Position numbers and translations under genes: made by a program. Under the pieces are notes generated by a model. The model worked only from the letters and a program-made list of their open reading frames with translations, searched no databases and was not told the origin of the DNA. From Utricularia gibba (lineage: Eukaryota; Plantae; Magnoliophyta), in contig NEEC01000019.1 of assembly GCA_002189035.1 (NCBI GenBank), positions 1,116,001 to 1,180,000 on the forward strand: a stretch of DNA of 64,000 nucleotides. Direction: 5' to 3'. Shown in pieces: positions 56,232-64,000 of this stretch. Every line of letters starts with the position of its first letter. The first letter of the stretch is position 1.

Positions 56232-59200
56232 ATGGTTTCGGGTGATATGGGTGTTTCTTCTGTTCGTACTGGGATGAAGAGGGAGTTTGCAATGATGATG
56301 AAGGCACAACTGGAGCTGGGTGCCCTATCTGTTGGTCCAAGGAGAATGACGAGGTCCCAGAGTTCTAGTAGTTTCTACAGGGATATGAGAATTCATGCCA
56401 GAACTATTAAGAAGGTTTATTCCAAGCGAGTAAAGAAGGATAAGAAATTACAAGTGACGGTGAAGGATGTTAAGGATACGAACACAAAGCATTTTTCTAG
56501 TGATGATGAAGAGGCTGATGGGAGCATAATTCAGCCGGGGTCTAATGCTCCCCTGAGGGATGATCTTGAAAATGCTGGAGCCAATTTGGTTATACCTCTA
56601 TCTGAGGAATCAATTCCTGCAGAGAGGAATGCACCTGAAAGTACTGGAGGTGATTTGCTTCAACGTTTGTGCGAGGAATCAATTCCTGCAGACGGGAGTG
56701 TACCTGAAAATGTTGCAGTTGATTTGGTTCAACCTTTGCGTGATGAATCAATTCCTGAAGATATGCGTATACTAGAAAATGTTGGAGCCGGTTTGGGCCA
56801 AACTTTGTTTGAGGAATCAATTCCTGAAAAGATGAATATACCGGAAAATGATGGATCTGGTTGTGAGGAATCCATTGCTGAAGAGCAAAGTGTAAATCAA
56901 AATACTGGATGCGATGATATTCAACCTTCGTGCACTGAATCAGTTTCTCTTATTGAAGTAGGTCTAAAGAATGGCTCTGAACCATTACAGGATAATTTAG
57001 AGTCCATAGAGAAGCTAGAGGTGGAAATTAGGGAGCGTGATTTGGAAATCAGCACTACGAAGCTTTCTTTAGTTGAAAGCTTCTCCCCCAGGAAGTGTTC
57101 CCTCGTAACTCAGTTGCTGAGGGTCGTAACATAGGATTCAAAAGAAGTATAGAATTTATAAGTGGATATTCGGAGATGCCTTCAAGAAGACTGACTAGGT
57201 CATCTTTGAAGGTGCAGAATGATGATATGGAGGACAGAAATAGTGAATTGGTGATAGAGACTCAGAGCAGATTGACTACGACCAGTTGTCCTTCAAAGCT
57301 AGAAATGAAAATGTCTAAAAAGATTAAGTTGAAGAGAACTCCAAAAAGACTAAAGGATCTCTTAAACACGGGACTACTTGAAGGATTGCATGTTCGATAT
57401 GTTCATGGTGGGAAGGTGAGAGAGAATGTGGCTTGTGATTTGCAGTCAGTAGTTTTGTCCATTCTCAATTGATTTTTTCTCTGGTGTTCAGGTGAACAAA
57501 CGTGCTAGATATGAACTTGCAGGAGTTATTCAGGGAAATGGAATACTATGTTCTTGTGATGAATGCAATGGAAGAAAGGTAATTAGCCGTTTCAGATTGA
57601 AATTACATTTGTAAGGCAATACATAAGTTTCTCAATTTCTGCTGCTACAGGTGATCACACCTAACAAATTCGAATTGCATGCTCATAGTGGAAATAAGCG
57701 CCCACCCGAGTACATTTTTTTGGAGAATGGAAGAAGCCTTAGAGATGTTTTGAATGCTTGCAAGGAGAATATTTCGGACTCACTGGATCAGGTGATATTG
57801 GATGCCATTGGCCGTGTAAGTTACACAACAGCTTTCTGCCTTGATTGCAAAGGTGAATATTCATAGTTCTTACGTTGTCTGCTTTTTATAATAATATATG
57901 TGTTTAGTTACCACAGTGAATCTGTATTTTTAGGCATTGTACCTGAAGCTGGTGTCGGGAGACCGATGCTTCTTTGCAATTCATGTGCTGTGGTGAGAGA
58001 GGCTGATACAGGTGACTCATATATTAGTGATGATGCAAATAGGTAACATCTCCGTCTCTTGGGATGACAACGACAGCTTAAATATGATCTAGTATAAACG
58101 TCACTCTCAATGAGGACCTATGCTCCTCTACACGTAGCTTTAACTGGAGTACCTGCGAGCCGAAAATTCATCCTGATTTTTTCCATGTATTTAGGTCTCA
58201 AATGGTTGTTTCACTAGCTTTGATCTCGCCACTATCTGAATGTGGAGATCTGGAAAGTCACCCGATTTCCTCAAATGGTCATACTCAGTTGAAGGGTAAA
58301 GGAAGGCTGACACGGAAGTGAGTATTCTTCAGTTGTTTTCATCAAAGTATACATAAGTAGAAAACTTCAAAACGTGTGAACAAATATTGCATCCAGTACC
58401 ACTGACTGCCCTTGAGTTTGTAATATTTCAGGGACTTAAAAATGCACAAGTATGTTTTCTCGGAGGATATTCTTCCTGATGGCACAGTTTTATCATATTT
58501 CATGCATGGAAAGGTGAATTCTGAATGTTTTATATTCCCATTCAACTCATTTTTACAGATTTGCACCCAAATCATTGTTAATCGCTGTTTTTGTTCATCA
58601 TGTCGAGCAGAAAAGGCTCGAGGGTGTTAAAAAGGATGGCGGCATTTTGTGCACATGCTGCAATGAAGTGGTAAGTAAATGGGTTTTTTTAGATAATGTT
58701 AAATAACTGGATTTCATATTATGTCTTTTGACTTGTATCTCTGGACAACTTTGGTTCGGTAATGGTAAACAGGTCAGCCCATCGCAGTTTGAGGCTCATG
58801 CAGGTTTCCCTTCCCGGAGGAAGCCGTAAGTACTGTCCTAATTTCTTATGCTGTATTTTATGACTTTTCAGTTGGTATTTACATGTGTCTGTTGTCTAAA
58901 AATTATATTGGAGCTAATGTGTTGTCTTCAGGTACATGAGCATATACACCTCAAATGGTGTATCACTGCATCAGCTCTCTCTTGAACTCTCCAAAAATGG
59001 TAGATGTTCCAGCGTAGAAAACGATGATCTTTGTTCTATATGTGAGGATGGAGGACAGCTTTTATGCTGTGAAAACTGCCCTCGAGCTTTTCACTCTGGT
59101 TGGGGAATCCACTCTTTCATTTGAAAGATTGTATGCTTTTTATTCTACAACCTTCCTAGTGTTTGTGCTCAAGCACATTTTTTCTTGTTGCGCAGAGTGT

Positions 59201-61097
59201 GTTGGCCTACCAAGTATTCCTCAAGGAACGTGGTATTGCAAATACTGCCAAAATATGTTCGAACAAGAAAAGTTTGCAGAGCACAACGCCAACGCAATCG
59301 CAGCTGGACGAGTTCTTGGTGCTGACCCTCTTGCAGAAATATCGCAACGGTGCATCCGAATTATTGGAACATTTGCGGCAGACATAGGAGGGTGTGCCAT
59401 TTGCAGGTATATTTATGGAACAATATTTGCGCATCGGGTTTTTCTGTTGAGTTTTTTTTTTTTTTTTTTTTTTACTTTTGAATATATAATATTCAATTGG
59501 TTTGGGCCTGCTAAGTTCCAGTTTGATCCTATGACTAGGGTGATTAAATGTCTATACACCTCCTTTGGTGTCCAGAATGTTCCAATGAAGCCCATTTCTC
59601 TTTCTTTTTGCTAAATTTTTCATATCTCGTTCTGGTTGTAATCATTCAGGGAACATGATTTCAGCAGTCCTGAATTTACCGATCGCACAGTCATTATTTG
59701 CGACCAGGTACTGTATGTTTTTCTATTTACTTTGAGCTCTATGTTTTAATTTCTTGGATTAAATTGTCATCTCTTTCAGTGTGAAAAAGAATACCATGTT
59801 GGATGTCTAAGAGAGCAAGAGATGGATGACCTGAAGGTTATCTCAACTTCTCTTTTGTTTTTTCCTCTTGGATATTTTGGTCATCATTTATGATTAACCT
59901 TAATTTGGAGCATTGAAACATATGTTAGGCATTGCCGGATGGTGAGTGGTTCTGCAGTGAACAATGCAGCCGCATCAACTCTGTGATTCAGAAGTTGGTA
60001 TCGGATGGTGAACAGAGACTTCCTGATGATATTTTAAGTAACTTAAAGAAGAAATGTGAAGAATCTGCTCCTCAACGTGATACTAACCCCGAGGTTGATA
60101 TAAAATGGCGGTTACTGAGCGGGAAAGACTCTTCAGAAGACACCAGGGCGTGGCTTTCTGGGGCCGTCACCATCTTTCATGTGAGTTTTTCTTGATTCTG
60201 AAAAATGCTGTGTAGGATTCACCATACACGTGTATGGCGTGATTCTGACAAAGCTGCATTTAGAACACCTTTAAATTTATCTGTTGATCATCCTAAACTA
60301 TCATCAGGAACGATTCGATCCAATTGCTGATGCCAGCACTGGTCGTCTAGACCTCATCCCTCACATGGTTTATGGGTAAATGGATATCTCATGGCTTGTT
60401 TGTTGTGCAACTATTTCTTCCATCAGTTTTAACCTCTGTGCAATATCTCAGGAGGCAGTTCAAGGATCAGGACTTTTGTGGGATGCATTGTGCTCTACTG
60501 ACTGTCAAGTAAGATAGGCATATAGCTCAGTCACATGAATATCAGACGTTTTACAGAGGAATCCAAACTCCAACATCTTTCATTTCCCTTTGCAGCTCTG
60601 TAGTCGTATCTGCCGGATTGTTCCGGATCTTCGGTGCAGAAGTTGCTGAGCTTCCACTGGTTGCAACTCGGAATGAGAGCCAGGGAAAGGTGGGGGAGAC
60701 ATGAACGCACCACCACTAGCGTTTATTAGTCATTATCGTCCATTCACACCCTGATTGGCCACGTTGGTTCTGTTGCAGGGATACTTCCAAGCACTCTATT
60801 ATTGCATTGAGAACTTGCTCAAGTCGCAAAACGTGAAAGATCTCGTACTCCCAGCCGCTGACGAAGCAGAATCCATGTGGAAGAGCAAATTCGGATTCCA
60901 AAGGCTTGGCCAGGAACAGGTTAAGATAGTCTGTTCCAAATTTTCTACTCTCTCCCTCGAATATACGCTCTGCCAATGAAGTGAATGTGAATAAAACTTG
61001 GATGATACCTTTGCAGTTAGATCAGTACAAGAGGAGCTACCAAATGATGATGTTCGAAGGAACATCAGTTCTTCACAAGAACATCACAAGCCTATGA
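56232..61097 (+). CDS. PHD-finger / Tify-like / GNAT acetyltransferase protein (IDM1-like family, At2g27980-type); 18 coding exons; apparent 1-nt deletion at 57085-57089
   Basis: Exons 56232-57415, 57492-57578, 57651-57852, 57934-58042, 58195-58317, 58432-58513, 58611-58670, 58773-58825, 58932-59098, 59196-59406, 59650-59707, 59780-59836, 59929-60180, 60308-60375, 60452-60508, 60596-60689, 60779-60919, 61017-61097. Two 'FE.HA...R.P' Tify-like domains, PHD1 ([22 protein letters not shown]...G.WYC..C), PHD2 ([13 protein letters not shown]...W.C), GNAT (AELPLVAT...QGKGYFQ.L; LPAA.EAESMW..KFGF). The start codon is tentative. Confidence 0.92.
56568..56886 (+). repeat. Coding 69-nt (23-aa) acidic tandem repeat, about 4.5 copies
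   Basis: [23 protein letters not shown] / [23 protein letters not shown] / [23 protein letters not shown] / [23 protein letters not shown] / [14 protein letters not shown]; the core GAGGAATCAATTCCTG recurs. Confidence 0.9.
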
Positions 61098-61523
61098 GGA
61101 TGTCAATGCCTTGGGATCAATTTTCTAGGATTCCCGGTATTGGAATCAGCCAAAGTTTTGATACTTCTTTTCTTCTAGGTCCCTTTTGGTAGTGTTTCCC
61201 AAAGTGCAAAGTAGGTATTACATGAACAAGAGAAGTATACTTGAAAGACCACCCCCAAGCAGTTTGTTCCTAGAAGAAAAGACACTTATGAGAGAATTTG
61301 TACATAGAATTCTTAGATCTAATGGATGTGCATGTTCCCAGCCCCAGGAACCTTTGCGTTTTCGGGTCGCGAGATGATGACGTTGGGTGTACGCAATAAG
61401 TAGAGTTTATTTTCACATTTTCTACTAAATAAATATATAAAATCACGAAGATAACACTTTTTTTTCTCCCAATAAAATAAGGAAATTACAAATTTTGAAC
61501 CCTAATTCTGAGAGGTCACGATT

Positions 61524-61531
61524 TAGGGTTT
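61524..61531. promoter_or_regulatory. Telo-box upstream of MYG1
   Basis: TAGGGTTT (reverse complement AAACCCTA), with AACCCTAA at about 61498. Telo-boxes are typical of plant translation and ribosome-biogenesis gene promoters. Confidence 0.5.
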
Positions 61532-61933
61532 AAGGCGGATTACCTCGAACTACTGACATCAAGGAACTCGCCCTACCGATAGTGGTTCCGTCGGCCTTTC
61601 TCTTCTTCCTAGAGCTATCGTTCCAGTCCCTAAGGACTGGTTGGTGTTGCTATTTCCTCTACGTAGTTCGTTTCCTATCGTCATTTATAGAGGTCTAGAG
61701 GGAGCGGAACCGAGAGGTGCGGCGCGAGGGAGAAAACTGAAGTGATATAACACTGAAAGGACTGCTCCTGAAGGTACTAACTTTTTTGCGTATATTGGTG
61801 TTGTACAGCTTCGGATGTGGAAAATTGAAACTTCGCTGCACTTGTTTCTGCTGAAGAAGCCGTTTACATTAAACAAAGGAAGATATTTTTGACTTGGAGC
61901 TGGATTTTGTGTTTTAGCAGAACGAGTTTAGGC

Positions 61934-64000
61934 ATGTATAAAGCATTATCAAGAAGCTTGTTTGCTGCTCCCCGGTTTTTGGCTGTAAAAAATAACTCTA
62001 CTGCAAACATTATCAGCATCAGGTCTATTGCCATGTCCACTGCTACTGTTAAACGAGTCGGTACTCACAATGGCAGCTTTCACTGTGATGAGGCCCTTGG
62101 CTGCTTCTTGATGCGCCTGACGACTAAATTCTCCGATGCGCATGTTGTGCGAACACGTGATCCAGAGGTTGGATTATCATTTGAGTTCCCTAGGAACGTT
62201 GTCTTTTAGTTTCTCAAAGCAATCGTTTCTGGATGCATTGGTAATGTATCTTGTGTTCTGAACAGGTGTTAGATACCCTTGATGCCGTTCTTGATGTGGG
62301 TGGCGTTTATGATCCCAAGAGGGATCGGTATGACCATCATCAAAAAGGATTTGAGGAAGTTTTTGGTTATGGATTTACGACTAAGCTCAGCAGCGCTGGG
62401 CTTGTTTACAAGGTAATGTTGCATGGAAATACTTGTTTAAGTTTTTCTGCTTTGATTAGAATAATTTTAATTTTTTGAAAGTTATCTATGCTCTACTTTA
62501 TTAATTTTCTGACTCCAAAATTGACTATTCCGACCTTGATTACTCCAGAATATGCTTTAGTTGACAGTAAAGCATCTTGTGGATTGAGAGCATACATATC
62601 TCACTACTGGTTCACTTTCTTCAACTCTGCAATTTTTATGTTCTTTATTTTCAGCATTTTGGCAAGGAAATAATAGCGAAGGAACTTCAGGTTGATGAAA
62701 ACCACCCAGATGTCCAACGTCTGTTTCTAGCGATTTATAGAAGCTTCATGGAGGTAGTAGACTTCACCAGCTTTAAAGATATGTTATTCATAATTCGACA
62801 ATCAAATATTCCAATGGTGTTTTCCAAGGTGCTATTTCAAAGAAATCTAGTGTTAGTTTTGTATGATCGAAGGCAAATGCTATTTTCAAGATGCAGTTTA
62901 CCACATAAAAGTAGGTCGCATCATTGTAGTCATTTGCTATCCTTGGATGTAATATGTTTTTTTTCCCAGTGATTGATCTATGAACAAATTACAGTTGGTA
63001 TTTCTTTATTTTTCATGATCAACGAAGTTGTGGGGAAGTTTTAGTTGGTGGTATCCTGGTTGCAGGCGATTGATGCTACAGATAATGGCATTAATCAGTA
63101 TGACACCGACCAACCACCCAAGTATGTTAACAACACGCACTTGTCTTCTCGTGTTGGAAGATTGAACTTGGATTGGACTGAACCTGATCAGTCTAGTGAG
63201 AAAGAGAATGAAGCATTTGATCGCGCAATGGCTCTGGCTGGATCCGAATTTCTGGATGTAAGATTCTTCGACTATCTTTCACTTAAAAGTTACTTTCCAG
63301 TGCTGGGATTGTTTCTTCATTCGGAACTTGCATTACACTAAATGTCTCATTTCTTTTTGAGATTCTTTTACTCCAGAATTTAATCTGTTCAGTTCTGATA
63401 ATCTCCTCCAGAGCGTCCGCTTTCATGCAAAGTCATGGCTCCCTGCACGGTCAGTTATCATAAGCTCCCTTGAAGAGAGGTTTGACGTGGATCCAAGTGG
63501 TGAAATCTTATATCTACATAAGTTTTGTCCGGTATGTATTCCACACTCTAGAGCATGCTTTGATTTCACTTCACTGAAACCACCTTCATTCTCATGCTGC
63601 AGTGGAAGCTCCATTTGTTCGAGTTAGAGGAAGAGATGAAGATTACCCCTCCCATCAAATATGTACTCTATCAGGTAGCTGCATGCATTTGCTGCTTCTT
63701 CACCCCCACTGTACTGCGTCATATGAGCAATGGGACTTCCCCAAATTCATCACATTCTTACTCCACATGCCATAGATGCTGTGTGATGGTGATGATTGAT
63801 TCTTTCAGGATGAGCGCAGCAAGGGGTGGCGAGTGCAGGCGGTAGCAATAGCACCGGATAAATTCGAGAGCCGCAAGGCGCTCCCTACAATGTGGCGAGG
63901 GCTACGAGATGAAGAGCTCTCCGAGCACGCCGGAATTCCCGGCTGTGTTTTTGTCCACATGAGCGGCTTCATCGGCGGAAACAAAACATGCGACGGAGCA
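61934..64000 (+). CDS. MYG1: MYG1 exonuclease (UPF0160, DHH family); 7 exons visible, 3' end beyond the window
   Basis: Exons 61934-62167, 62266-62412, 62655-62753, 63066-63257, 63412-63531, 63603-63674, 63809 to >64000. Motifs GTHNGSFHCDEAL, RTRD, DVGG.YDP..DRYDHHQ, KLSSAGLVYKHFG, DA.DNGI, SWLPAR, WK.HLF, WRVQAV, SRK.LP..WRGLRD, FVHMSGFIGGN. Confidence 0.96.

Noticed and set aside
204-61097. A functional chromatin-gene cluster (HDA8, H2B.8, PHD-GNAT)
   Set aside because: The genes are 5-50 kb apart, separated by unrelated genes, and appear to reflect ancestral gene order rather than a co-regulated unit.
61623-61640. CCAGTCC-CTAA-GGACTGG hairpin upstream of MYG1
   Set aside because: A single 7-bp stem is expected by chance in 64 kb; no other support.
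1-64000. tRNA, snoRNA or miRNA genes, organellar insertions, or horizontally acquired prokaryotic genes
   Set aside because: None recognised by eye; all identified genes have plant-type spliceosomal structure or plant family signatures. tRNAscan-SE and Infernal would be needed to exclude small RNAs.

Overview
Plant (eudicot, probably asterid-like) nuclear DNA. It is gene-dense, with short GT-AG introns and very AT-rich spacers. I can support 17 protein-coding genes, in order: HDA8-type histone deacetylase; TMK-type LRR receptor kinase; NHL/LEA_2 gene; two tandem NDA-type alternative NADH dehydrogenases; OVATE/OFP; DCP1; S40/DUF584; complex I P2-like (At2g27730-like); three tandem fatty acyl-CoA reductases (FAR-a/b/c); a clade-IV BAHD acyltransferase; the sperm/seed histone variant H2B.8; a second LEA_2 gene with a 30/90-nt coding repeat; a PHD-GNAT (IDM1-like family) gene; and MYG1, cut by the window end. 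The 26-50 kb block is a rearrangement hotspot. It holds duplicated FAR units, two Ty1/copia relics, a probable solo LTR, a MITE, a decayed unidentified gene, and a truncated BAHD copy. That copy is fused at one end to a copia LTR start and at the other to a near-perfect hairpin. This FAR+BAHD block is the best candidate for an undescribed system (a possible acyl-lipid/ester biosynthetic cluster), but the functional link is inference only. Other notable items are two apparently gained introns in LEA_2/NHL genes, a Cassandra (5S-bearing) solo LTR upstream of the PHD-GNAT gene, and two paralogue homogenisation tracts. Caveat: six single-base deletions break five otherwise intact genes, and five of them lie in G/C runs of 3-5 nt. 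These are most likely long-read consensus errors rather than pseudogenisation. All homologue assignments are from motif recognition and memory; no database search was run.
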